Virus record (IMG/VR): IMGVR_UViG_3300032323_000670
Coordinates: 32,001-96,000 of that record
From: a virus
Strand: one strand, 5' to 3'
Length of the DNA stretch: 64,000 bases
In this document: in pieces, positions 17,467-27,045 of the stretch
How the letters are laid out: each line of letters begins with the position of its first letter
Position numbering within the stretch: position 1 is the stretch's first letter
Program-made: the position numbers and the translations under genes
The notes under the pieces: model-generated
Seen by the model: only the letters and a program-made list of their open reading frames with translations
The model's database searches: none
What the model was told of the DNA's origin: nothing

Positions 17467-18650
17467 CAAAACAAGATAGTCTAGCAAAGGCTAGCAAAGA
17501 ACTGATGTTAAAGGAGCCCTTCTATGGGCTCTTTCTCATTGGACTAAATAAACTATGGAGCAATAGAGTTCCTACTGTCGGTGTATGTAAGCATAACATA
17601 AACTTCCAGTTGATGATCAACGAGGAGTTTTGGGAAAGCTTGAGTCCAGAGCATCACATAGGTTTGTTGAAGCATGAGCTGTTACATATAGCGTTCTTCC
17701 ATCTTACTATACACAATGATTTTCCAGATAAGAAGCTAGCTAACATAGCTATGGACTTGGAGATTAATCAGTATATAGATGCACAGTATCTTCCTGACGG
17801 AGGATGTACCATCGATAACGAGATGTTTGGTCCTATGAATCTTCCTAAGAAGGCAGGTTGTAGAGAGTATTATGACTTACTACAACAGCAATTGAATAAT
17901 GGAAATAGCGCTTTACAAGATATGCTTGATCGTGCAAAGATGGGACAAGCCTTAGATAAAAATGGCAACCCTATTCCTAATCATGATACATGGGAAGAGT
18001 TTGAAGACTTAAGTGAAGCTGAAAAGAAACTTGTTATGAAGCAAGTGGAGCATCAACTTAAGGAGATTGCAGAACAAATAGAGAAGTCTAGAGGTCATGT
18101 ACCTGGAGAACTCAAGGGTTTACTAGACAAGCTTAACAGTAGCGAGCCAGCTAAGTTTGACTGGAAGTCTTATCTTAGAAGGTTTACTGGAGGTAGTCAG
18201 AAAGTATTTACTAAGAAGCTTAGACGTAAGTTTAATAAAAGATTTGAGGATAATCCTGGTCTTAAGATTAAATACCGTAAGCACATCTTAGTTGCTGTAG
18301 ATACTAGCGGTTCCGTTAGTGATAAGGAAGTACAAGAGTTCTTCCATGAGATTGATCATATCAATAAGACCGGTGCAGAAATTACTATTGTACAATGTGA
18401 TACAAGTATCCGTCATATAGGGCCATACAAGGCTGGAGATAAGATAGAGATACATGGTCGCGGTGGTACTTACTTTGATCCTGTTTTAGAATTGTACAAT
18501 GAGCACCAAGATAAGTATACTTGTTTGATATACTTAACTGATGGTGAATGTGATTGTAGTGTAAAGCCAAGAGGCAAAATGTTGTGGGTAATCTCTACCC
18601 GTGGAAGTATAAACAAAGACCTACCTGGTCCACAAATTAAATTAAACTAA
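17463..18650 (+). CDS. Metallopeptidase-vWA protein (DUF2201-like)
   Basis: LKHELLH zincin motif, NIAMDLEIN, vWA MIDAS VDTSGS, GRGGT, YLTDG. Confidence 0.88.
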   Translation: MTKQDSLAKASKELMLKEPFYGLFLIGLNKLWSNRVPTVGVCKHNINFQLMINEEFWESLSPEHHIGLLKHELLHIAFFHLTIHNDFPDKKLANIAMDLEINQYIDAQYLPDGGCTIDNEMFGPMNLPKKAGCREYYDLLQQQLNNGNSALQDMLDRAKMGQALDKNGNPIPNHDTWEEFEDLSEAEKKLVMKQVEHQLKEIAEQIEKSRGHVPGELKGLLDKLNSSEPAKFDWKSYLRRFTGGSQKVFTKKLRRKFNKRFEDNPGLKIKYRKHILVAVDTSGSVSDKEVQEFFHEIDHINKTGAEITIVQCDTSIRHIGPYKAGDKIEIHGRGGTYFDPVLELYNEHQDKYTCLIYLTDGECDCSVKPRGKMLWVISTRGSINKDLPGPQIKLN

Positions 18651-18655
18651 GCATT

Positions 18656-19846
18656 ATGAGCGCAAATCAAGTTAACTTAAACACAGACGAGTTGAAGACC
18701 TTTATCGGTCACATTGTAAAGAATAATCAGCACATCCAAACTGAAGGAAAGATTCCTGTAGCAGTGAACATTGAGGGTGAGGCAGGTATTGGTAAGACCA
18801 CTACCATTTTGCAGATTGGTAAAGAACTAGGACTAGATGTAGTTAAGTTGAATCTTGCTCAGATTGAGGAGCTAGGTGACCTTACGGGTTTTCCAATTAA
18901 AGAATTTGAAGTAATGAAGACTACAGATGATGGCAAGAAGGTAGCTAAGTGGGTACCTGAGAATGTAATGCCAATGTATATTCAAAATAAATATGTTCCA
19001 ACTGGTGAGAAGCGTATGGGTTATGCTACTCCAGAATGGATTCAAGGTAAGGAGCAAGGTGGTATCTTAATCTTAGATGACTATAGTCGTGCTGACCAAA
19101 GATTTACCCAAGCTGCGATGGAATTAATTGATCGTCAAAAGTATATCTCGTGGGAGTTACCAAAGAACTGGCATATTGTATTGACTAGTAATCCTGATAA
19201 TGGTGACTATCAAGTAACATCTATGGATGCTGCTCAGAAGACTCGCTTTATTACAGCTTACTTAAAGTTTGATGCAGATTGCTGGGCTCGTTGGGCAGAG
19301 CAAAATAGTATTGATTCTCGTTGTATTAACTTTTTGTTGATGCATCCTGAGTTGGTTACACAGACAACTAATGCTCGTAGTATTACTACCTTCTTTAACT
19401 CTATCTCTAGCATAGAGAACTTTGAGCAGGACTTACCACTTATTCAAATGATTGGTGAGGGTAGTGTAGGTAGCGAGTTTGCTACTCTATTTACTACGTT
19501 CATTAACAACAAGTTGGACAAGTTAATTACCCCTAAAGATATGTTGACTAACAACAGCTGGGAGTATGTTAAAGGTCAGATGAATAACTGTGTTGGTAAG
19601 GATGATGCATATCGTGCAGACATAGCTAGTATCCTAGCATTGCGCTTCACTAACTATGCTGTTCATTATAGCACAGATAACACTGTAGATCAGAAGATCA
19701 TTGACCGTGTTACTAACTTCATCACTGATAAGGACATCTTCACTAATGACTTAAAGTATGCTATTATCAAGGGTATCCTTAACGGAAGTAAGAAGTATAC
19801 CAAGTTAATGTTAAACGCTAACATCGCTGCTATTGCAGTTAAGTAA
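18656..19846 (+). CDS. MoxR-like AAA+ ATPase
   Basis: GEAGIGKT, ILILDDYSRA, LTSNP, DAAQKTRF; adjacent to the vWA gene. Confidence 0.85.
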   Translation: MSANQVNLNTDELKTFIGHIVKNNQHIQTEGKIPVAVNIEGEAGIGKTTTILQIGKELGLDVVKLNLAQIEELGDLTGFPIKEFEVMKTTDDGKKVAKWVPENVMPMYIQNKYVPTGEKRMGYATPEWIQGKEQGGILILDDYSRADQRFTQAAMELIDRQKYISWELPKNWHIVLTSNPDNGDYQVTSMDAAQKTRFITAYLKFDADCWARWAEQNSIDSRCINFLLMHPELVTQTTNARSITTFFNSISSIENFEQDLPLIQMIGEGSVGSEFATLFTTFINNKLDKLITPKDMLTNNSWEYVKGQMNNCVGKDDAYRADIASILALRFTNYAVHYSTDNTVDQKIIDRVTNFITDKDIFTNDLKYAIIKGILNGSKKYTKLMLNANIAAIAVK

Positions 19847-20958
19847 TGAAAATGGATTTGAATCTCGGTAATGTAACAGACACCATGCTGAAGCAGTTAC
19901 CATTTATTAAAACAAAGGTAAGATATGCCGGTATAGATAGGAAGCATAAACCACTTCCTCATACCTGGCTGTATACTGTAGATGATGATTCAGTAGAAAA
20001 GATTAATGCACTCCTCAAGGGGGGTGCATTAGTTTCTCTACCTGCTAAATCTAAAGGGTATGTTATACCCGGTTGTAAATATAGTGTTGGTCAATTGAGA
20101 GACATTGCTCGTATAAATAACTGGATCATTACTAATGATGCTTCTAAAGCAGATTTCTTTATTGGTCACAGTAATAATGTAAGTATAGGTAATGCAGATC
20201 AGCAAGTTCCTAATGCTCTTATAGCTAGTAATTGTCCTGCACTAAGGTATGATATGCCTGATGATTTTAGTAGAGAGAAGATAAAACTAAAAGGTGGTGT
20301 CTTCAATACTATAATGGATACTGAGAACTATATGGTATTTTCTAGAGCATACTACCGGTATTATGATTCTTGGTCTCCGTTGCATAATAATGAATGGACA
20401 TATAACTTCCTGCACCCAAGAACTGTAGAGATGTTATACCGCATATTATCTATGAAGACACCTGTTATAGATGAGGACTTGATCTTTAATTCTATAGAGC
20501 GTATTACCATAGATGATTCTATATATAGGACTTTGAGCACTATGTTTAACTCTGATATGGAAAATCGTACAGTAGCTGGAGAAATGTTATTCAATTGTAA
20601 CTATGAGACCTCTATGTATTACATCTATAAGCTTCTTAAAGAAGATTATTATCAGGTAACAAATGCTATGAGCAATGCTAATGTTAAAATCATGTCTGAT
20701 AAGTGTGACTTTAACGGTCTTAGATATACTAGTTACCCTGCAGCTATAAAGCTATTCCTAAAGAGGGGTTTGTTAACAGAGGAAATCTATGACAATCTTA
20801 TTATGGATACTATTGAAGATCATGTTAAAGAGAATATGCCTGATGATGCAAGAAAGTATGTAAAGCTTACACCTTCCTGGAGCAAAACTTATCAAGAGTT
20901 TATGGAGGAAAATAAACCTAAAGAGGAGCCTAAAACTGAGGGTCCATTACCATTTTAA
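19846..20958 (+). CDS. Hypothetical protein (BRCT-like segment + shared helical domain), paralog A
   Basis: Similar to 20961: YVIPGC...ITNDASKADFFI and IDDSIYRTLSTMFNSDMENRTVAGEMLFNCNYETS. Confidence 0.7.
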   Translation: MKMDLNLGNVTDTMLKQLPFIKTKVRYAGIDRKHKPLPHTWLYTVDDDSVEKINALLKGGALVSLPAKSKGYVIPGCKYSVGQLRDIARINNWIITNDASKADFFIGHSNNVSIGNADQQVPNALIASNCPALRYDMPDDFSREKIKLKGGVFNTIMDTENYMVFSRAYYRYYDSWSPLHNNEWTYNFLHPRTVEMLYRILSMKTPVIDEDLIFNSIERITIDDSIYRTLSTMFNSDMENRTVAGEMLFNCNYETSMYYIYKLLKEDYYQVTNAMSNANVKIMSDKCDFNGLRYTSYPAAIKLFLKRGLLTEEIYDNLIMDTIEDHVKENMPDDARKYVKLTPSWSKTYQEFMEENKPKEEPKTEGPLPF

Positions 20959-20960
20959 TT

Positions 20961-22085
20961 ATGATACAAGAACAACTAACACTTACTGTAAGTAATAATG
21001 AGCTAGTACTTATACCTAGCCGTGTACTAGTAGATGATAAGAAGAAATACTTACACTATCGCTGGCATGAGAATGAATATATAAAAGTATTCAAACAGGC
21101 AACTGCTGATAAGAAACTAGATCTTACTAATGTAAAAACAATATACTTTGCACCTAAGTGCAGTATTCCTAGAGATAAGGCTAAGCCTTTCTTGGAGGAA
21201 AAGAAGATCAAGACTGTTAGAGATAGAGATACTGCAGATATTATTATTGCAGGTACAGATTCTATAGACGCAGGTCTAGATACAAAGCACCTTTATTACA
21301 TAAAAACTTCTGATGTAAAACCGTTTGCAGATGGTTTTAAAATTGGAGGTAATGCGCATAATCTTGTAGAGCGGCTAGCCACTTATACAGGCAAGCATGT
21401 CATTCTAGATAGAAATGTTATTACACCATTTTATATAAATAATCACAATTCTCCTACTAAAAACATGTACGGTAGCATCTTACATGGTAGTTCATTTAGA
21501 AGTGGAGAGTACTATGGTGACTATATAACAACTGTTATAGATGACTTCTTACTTACTAGTTCAAATCTTAGTAATGTTTATTCACAAGAAGTATTCAACA
21601 ATCTTATTGGTGACACAGTTATTGATAGAGATGCCTTTGAATCTTTGAGAACTATGCTAAACAGTATGGATAAGGATAATCACTTAGTTGCTATGACCAT
21701 TATGGCCGGTTGTAACTATGAGAAAAGCTTTGTATACTTGGCATTGTTACTTGAAGAATTTGGTAGAAACGCTATCTATAATCATAAGTATAGAAACACT
21801 GTGGGTTTTAAGTCCCTGACTAACTGGCTTGGTTATAACAAGTACCGTTGGGATAAAGATGCTATCCTAGATGTATCTATAGAGAAAGGGTTACTGACCC
21901 AAGAACTATTGGATACTGTTAAAGCTAGTGTATTAGATGGGGCTGTTACTTATAGTAACAACTTTGAAGTTGTAGATGTTAGATTAACAGCGGATGTGCA
22001 AGCTAAGGTAGATAAACTTTTAAATAAACAAAATGATAGACTTCCAAGCGGAGGAGAACTTCTACAAGAAGAAGTTTCACTTTAG
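20961..22085 (+). CDS. Hypothetical protein (BRCT-like segment + shared helical domain), paralog B
   Basis: IYFAPKC...TVRDRDTADIII and IDRDAFESLRTMLNSMDKDNHLVAMTIMAGCNYEKS. Confidence 0.7.
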   Translation: MIQEQLTLTVSNNELVLIPSRVLVDDKKKYLHYRWHENEYIKVFKQATADKKLDLTNVKTIYFAPKCSIPRDKAKPFLEEKKIKTVRDRDTADIIIAGTDSIDAGLDTKHLYYIKTSDVKPFADGFKIGGNAHNLVERLATYTGKHVILDRNVITPFYINNHNSPTKNMYGSILHGSSFRSGEYYGDYITTVIDDFLLTSSNLSNVYSQEVFNNLIGDTVIDRDAFESLRTMLNSMDKDNHLVAMTIMAGCNYEKSFVYLALLLEEFGRNAIYNHKYRNTVGFKSLTNWLGYNKYRWDKDAILDVSIEKGLLTQELLDTVKASVLDGAVTYSNNFEVVDVRLTADVQAKVDKLLNKQNDRLPSGGELLQEEVSL

Positions 22086-23001
22086 TTATTCCGGGTTCAA
22101 CAAGTTGTTGTATGCCCCGAGTGCATTTTATAAACACTATATCCTGAATCAAAGAGAGGATAAGATGGAGCAGCACCTGATTGAAGGTAGCCTGCTTCAC
22201 TGTCTTCTCTTAGAGGAGGATAAGTTTCATGATAAGTATGTGGTGTCCCCGGTAAATTTGCCGGGTGACAGCATTAAGAATGTTGTTGACAAGGTATTCA
22301 CAAGAGCTTGGGCTAATAACAATCTTGACTTATCTTTGGAGCAGAATGAGTTTGATATCCTTGAGATACTAAAGGAGATCAATCTGTATCAGAGTCTCAA
22401 GACTGATGCACAAAGAGTTGAGAAGGTAGTTACTGACGCAAGTATAAGTTACTATAACTTCTTAACTACAAAGGGTGACAAGGCTGTTATAGACGAGGAC
22501 ACCCTAAACAAAGTAAAAGGTTATGCTGAGATCGTAAGATCTAATGAGAAGATTACAAACTTACTCAATATAGGCGGTGCCTTTAGTATGAGTGAGGTGC
22601 CATTTGTAATGGACACAAAGTATGCCTTTGGCCTTAGAGGTTTTGTAGATAACGTTAACATTGATCACGGTGCCAAAGTGATTTATATTAATGATCTCAA
22701 GACTAGTGGAAAACTGTTACAAGATTTCCCGGAGACTATAGAATATTATAAGTACTGGTTGCAAGCTGCAGTGTACTGTAAATTAGTAAGGGCTAACTAT
22801 GGCTTAAGTGATTACAAGATTAAGTTTCATTTCATAGTGGTTGACAAGCTCACCCAGTGTTATGCATTTGAAGTTAGTACTGTAACACTTAATAGCTGGA
22901 TGGATAGACTAGATGAAGTAATGAAAATTGCAGACTATCATTACACAAATAAAAAATATGACTTACCTTATGAGTATGAGGTAGGTAATGTAATCCTGTA
23001 A
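22033..23001 (+). CDS. PD-(D/E)XK exonuclease (RecB/Cas4/RecE-like)
   Basis: FSYSG, GSLLHCLLLE, E.P...LRGFVD...INDLKTS, YWLQAAVY. Confidence 0.85.
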   Translation: MIDFQAEENFYKKKFHFSYSGFNKLLYAPSAFYKHYILNQREDKMEQHLIEGSLLHCLLLEEDKFHDKYVVSPVNLPGDSIKNVVDKVFTRAWANNNLDLSLEQNEFDILEILKEINLYQSLKTDAQRVEKVVTDASISYYNFLTTKGDKAVIDEDTLNKVKGYAEIVRSNEKITNLLNIGGAFSMSEVPFVMDTKYAFGLRGFVDNVNIDHGAKVIYINDLKTSGKLLQDFPETIEYYKYWLQAAVYCKLVRANYGLSDYKIKFHFIVVDKLTQCYAFEVSTVTLNSWMDRLDEVMKIADYHYTNKKYDLPYEYEVGNVIL

Positions 23002-23006
23002 ATTGT

Positions 23007-23567
23007 ATGATCAAATCCTTGTATACAACGTATACCCAGAAATCTAGAATGTTTTTATATCCATTTCTAGGGATTAAGCGTGGCATAAGTGTTACGCCAT
23101 TAGAAAGCTATGTTTCTTGGACAGGCATGTCAGAGCCTGAGGATAAGAATCTAATCTGTGTTTATACGCTCAGAGATGATGAAGAGTTTAAGTTATTTGA
23201 AAGAACAAAGCTTTTAGGTAATTCTAAGTTCTCATCATTTTATGAGCTTCCTGATAACAAAGGTGCGTATATATTCACCTTTGAAGATGAGCCTAAGTTA
23301 TGGAGCTCATTTATGCGGGGTAAGTATACCGAAATGCCAAAAGACAAGAAGGATTTAATCCTTAAGTTTTTTGAAGGTAATACTCAAAACCATTCTCTTA
23401 TAGATAGCTATCTGAATCCAGATAGGTATTATCAGTTTTATGCTGATGAGCTTGGTGTTCCTGTAGAAGTATTGAAGGAAGTTGGTCAACTGTGTGAAGC
23501 TCCTAACATGGAAAAAGAAAAGTTAACCAGTGATATAAAGCAGATTCAGTTTTTAGACTATATTTGA
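23007..23567 (+). CDS. Hypothetical phage protein
   Basis: 186-aa ORF (KSRMFLYPFLG...GKYTE). Confidence 0.7.
   Translation: MIKSLYTTYTQKSRMFLYPFLGIKRGISVTPLESYVSWTGMSEPEDKNLICVYTLRDDEEFKLFERTKLLGNSKFSSFYELPDNKGAYIFTFEDEPKLWSSFMRGKYTEMPKDKKDLILKFFEGNTQNHSLIDSYLNPDRYYQFYADELGVPVEVLKEVGQLCEAPNMEKEKLTSDIKQIQFLDYI
23559..23566 (+). promoter_or_regulatory. TAnnTTTG (-7) promoter element
   Basis: TATATTTG 25 nt upstream of the ATG at 23591. Confidence 0.45.
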
Positions 23568-23590
23568 CACTCTTAAAAAAATCAACAATT

Positions 23591-24004
23591 ATGAGCAACA
23601 TGATGCTAATCACCTCTACTTGGAAAGAGGGTAAAACTTTCAAGATGATTCCTACAGATGCGGATTGCCCGTATGTAGAATGTATTTATGATCCACAAAT
23701 CAAAGTCCTAGCAGTCATCGGTGCTATTACTAAGGATATCTTTCACATGATGCCTAAGCTTGATGCTAATGGTGATCCTGAAACACGTAAGTCTCCAGCA
23801 CGAGATGGTTCTCCATTCAAACAAGAGCGTAGAACTATTGAAACATTCCAAGAATACTATTTGGAAGAGCGTAGTGAGATTGAAGGTTTCATTAATCACT
23901 TTGCACACAACGCATCTACATATGACTACAAGACATATTTAGATATGGAGGCAACACCTGTAAGTGATATCCCTAATTTTCCTACATTAAGCGTAACAGA
24001 ATAA
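23591..24004 (+). CDS. Hypothetical phage protein
   Basis: Start MSNMMLITS after an A-rich leader; CPYVECIYDP motif. Confidence 0.7.
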   Translation: MSNMMLITSTWKEGKTFKMIPTDADCPYVECIYDPQIKVLAVIGAITKDIFHMMPKLDANGDPETRKSPARDGSPFKQERRTIETFQEYYLEERSEIEGFINHFAHNASTYDYKTYLDMEATPVSDIPNFPTLSVTE

Positions 24005-24005
24005 T

Positions 24006-25997
24006 ATGAAGCGATGGGTCATGGACTATGAGACCCTGATAAATTGCTTTGTAGCTGTATTTACTGAGTATAAAACTAATGACACTAAGATCTTTGTAGT
24101 TCATGAACTGAAGAATCAGTATGATGAACTACTTAGTTTCTTAAATGATAATAAGTTAAACGAGGAGTATCATATCTCCTATAATGGTTTAAACTTTGAC
24201 TCACAGATCACAGAGTTTTTACTCAGAGATGGAGAAGAACTTAGTGGCTTAGATCCTGAGACTATAGCGCACAGTATTTATCTTAGGGCTCAACGTACTA
24301 TTGAATTATCTAATGCTGGTGAGTTTCCAGAGTTTCCTGAAAGAGCTCTGCAGATTCCACAGTTAGATATATTCAGGTTGAATCACTGGGATAATCCTGC
24401 TAAGCGTTCTAGTCTTAAGTGGATTGAATTCTCTATGGACTGGAGTAATGTACGTGATATGCCTATACATCATAGCACGTATGTCCAAACTGTACAAGAG
24501 ATTGATACTATTGTTAAGTATTGTGTGAATGACGTAGCTGCTACTAAACAGATCATGAATCTAAGTAAGGAGCAGATTATGTTGAGGAAAGCACTTAGCG
24601 AGGAGTATAAAATCAATTTACTCAGTGCTTCTGAACCAAGAATATCTAAGGAACTATTCCTTTATTTCTTAAGTAAGAAGACCGGTATAAGTAAGTATGA
24701 TCTCAAACAAATGAGAACGATCCGTGAACAGATTACTGTTGGAGATATCATACTACCATACGTTAAGTTTAAACGCAAAGAGTTTATAGGGATTCATGAG
24801 AAGTTTAAATCTCTAGTTATTGATACCCAAAACACAAAGGGTGGGTTTAAATATTCTATTACTCACAAAGGTGTAAAGACTGACTTCGGTCTAGGTGGTT
24901 TGCATGGTGCTGCCAAATCTGGTGTATATGAAGCTAAGGATGGTATGATAATAATGACGTCTGACGTTACTAGTTATTATCCTAATCTAGCTATTAGAAA
25001 CCAGTGGTCACCTGCGCACATACCTAAAGAAGATTTCTGTGAACAGTATGAGTGGTTCTTTGATGAGAGAAAGAAGATACCTAAGAAGGATCCAAAGAAC
25101 TATGTATACAAGATTATTCTTAACAGTACTTATGGTTTAAGTAATGATGAGAATAGTTTTCTGTATGATCCAGAGTTTACTATGCGTATTACAATCAATG
25201 GTCAGCTCAGCTTAGCAATGCTATATGAGATGCTCTCTGATGCAATACCTGGTAGCATTCCAGTCATGCAGAACACAGACGGTCTTGAGATGATGATTCC
25301 AGCATACATGAAAGATGTGTATATGGATGTGTGTAAGAAGTGGGAAGAAATGACCCAGCTACAACTTGAGCATGACGAGTATAGTAAGATCATACTTGCG
25401 GACGTTAACAACTACATTGCTGTATTCAAAGAGAAAGAATTGAGTAAAGAAGATTGGGATGCAGCACAGAAGAAGACTCCGCATTATGTTTATTATCAAG
25501 AGGGCGGTAAGTTCTTTATGAAAGCTACTAAGTGTAAAGGTAGATTTGAGTTTGCGGACTTAGCTTTACATAAGAACAAATCCGCTCTTGTTGTGCCTAA
25601 GGCTATCTATAACTATTTTGTAAAGGATGTGGTTCCTGATAAATTTATTCAGCAGAACCGTAACATCTTTGATTATTGTAAAGGTGTTAAGAAGAAAGGA
25701 GATTGGTTCTTTCTTGAGACCTGTTTTTCTAAAGGTCAGCGGATTAACAAAGAGCTCCAAGGTGTAGTGCGTTACTATATCTCTAATAAAGGATGTAAGA
25801 TCATCAAGGTGAATTCTGCAGATGGAAGAGAGATACAAGTAGAAGCAGGCAAGTGGATGCAGACTGAGTTTAATCTGTATGAAAACAAGCTATGGCCAGA
25901 CTATGATATCAATGAAGACTATTACCTGGAACAGGTGTATAAGGAGATTGAGAACATATCTAAGACCAAGCAAACAGCTCAACTAACATTATTTTAA
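24006..25997 (+). CDS. polB: DNA polymerase family B with 3'-5' exonuclease
   Basis: ExoI DYET, ExoII YNGLNFD, ExoIII YCVND; motif A SDVTSYYPN, motif B KIILNSTYG, motif C NTDG; C-terminal QLTLF. Confidence 0.93.
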   Translation: MKRWVMDYETLINCFVAVFTEYKTNDTKIFVVHELKNQYDELLSFLNDNKLNEEYHISYNGLNFDSQITEFLLRDGEELSGLDPETIAHSIYLRAQRTIELSNAGEFPEFPERALQIPQLDIFRLNHWDNPAKRSSLKWIEFSMDWSNVRDMPIHHSTYVQTVQEIDTIVKYCVNDVAATKQIMNLSKEQIMLRKALSEEYKINLLSASEPRISKELFLYFLSKKTGISKYDLKQMRTIREQITVGDIILPYVKFKRKEFIGIHEKFKSLVIDTQNTKGGFKYSITHKGVKTDFGLGGLHGAAKSGVYEAKDGMIIMTSDVTSYYPNLAIRNQWSPAHIPKEDFCEQYEWFFDERKKIPKKDPKNYVYKIILNSTYGLSNDENSFLYDPEFTMRITINGQLSLAMLYEMLSDAIPGSIPVMQNTDGLEMMIPAYMKDVYMDVCKKWEEMTQLQLEHDEYSKIILADVNNYIAVFKEKELSKEDWDAAQKKTPHYVYYQEGGKFFMKATKCKGRFEFADLALHKNKSALVVPKAIYNYFVKDVVPDKFIQQNRNIFDYCKGVKKKGDWFFLETCFSKGQRINKELQGVVRYYISNKGCKIIKVNSADGREIQVEAGKWMQTEFNLYENKLWPDYDINEDYYLEQVYKEIENISKTKQTAQLTLF

Positions 25998-25998
25998 A

Positions 25999-27045
25999 AT
26001 GAGTAAAAGAATTCCAACTGGTATTACCAGAGAGTACTTAGAAAGTGTAGCGCTCCCCACTCACGGGGGGCGTTATACTCCTATTAGCCACAAGTCTATT
26101 ATAGATAAAGTTCATGAAGAACTTGTTACTCGTGGCTTTAATGTAGAATCAGAATTATACCGTGCAAGTCTTGGCGGTAATGTTGCAAATGGAATCTATA
26201 TCCTAGACCAGGGTACTGATCCAGACATGAAGATGATGTTTGTATGGGGTAACTCATATGACAAGTCTATGAGATTTAAGTGCGGTGTTGGTGTGTATAT
26301 ACCAAAAACTGGTAACTATATCTTTGCTGGTGATCTATCTAGTTATTCTAGAAAGCATACAGGTAAGGCAGATGAAGAAGCTATTGCTATGATTCAAACA
26401 CAATTGAACATGGCTAATGCTCACTATGCTGATTTACTTGCATCAAGAGATATGCTTATTAATCAAACCGCTAGCTTGCATACATATTCACACTTAGTAG
26501 GTGAGATGTTTATTGAGAAGCAGTGTCTTAACAAAGAACAAGCATCTTCTGTAAGAGATAGTCTTATCAATGAGGTTGTTCTATTTGATGACATGACCCA
26601 TAGCAATGCATGGAACTTCTACAACTGTGTAGCTAGTGTATTAAGGTTATCGCATCCTAAGAACTGGTTTGAGGACCAATCAGAATGTCATAAAGTTATT
26701 AACAAATACTTTGCGTTAACTACTTTAACACAAATGGATTGTCCTATGGATACCCCTATGGAGTATGGAATTGTACAAGATTCTGTACAGGAGGAAGTAC
26801 AAGAACCTACTAACCAACTTAACATCTTTGATGTAATGGAAGAATCTCCAGTAGAATCATACCATGAAGTAGGTGGAGAGCTTGTACCTACATCAATTAA
26901 TGATTTACCTGTAGAAGTTCAAGAGCAGATGTATGCTGATGACATCTTACAGGAAAAAACTTTAAGTGGTGAGGTGAATCCTGATGAAGAATTCTTTAAC
27001 TTTGGTGGTGCGGAATTGCCCGTATTTGATTTACCAGACTTATGA
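25999..27045 (+). CDS. DUF932-like protein with a long acidic tail
   Basis: PISH...GNSYDKSMRF..GVG......RKHTG...NAWNFYN. Confidence 0.65.
   Translation: MSKRIPTGITREYLESVALPTHGGRYTPISHKSIIDKVHEELVTRGFNVESELYRASLGGNVANGIYILDQGTDPDMKMMFVWGNSYDKSMRFKCGVGVYIPKTGNYIFAGDLSSYSRKHTGKADEEAIAMIQTQLNMANAHYADLLASRDMLINQTASLHTYSHLVGEMFIEKQCLNKEQASSVRDSLINEVVLFDDMTHSNAWNFYNCVASVLRLSHPKNWFEDQSECHKVINKYFALTTLTQMDCPMDTPMEYGIVQDSVQEEVQEPTNQLNIFDVMEESPVESYHEVGGELVPTSINDLPVEVQEQMYADDILQEKTLSGEVNPDEEFFNFGGAELPVFDLPDL

Noticed and set aside
22033-23001. Cas4 indicating a CRISPR-Cas locus
   Set aside because: No four-Cys Fe-S pattern, no other cas genes and no array; better explained as a recombination exonuclease.
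11717-25997. Inteins or self-splicing introns in the helicase, primase or PolB
   Set aside because: Each gene is continuous with normally spaced motifs and no insert.
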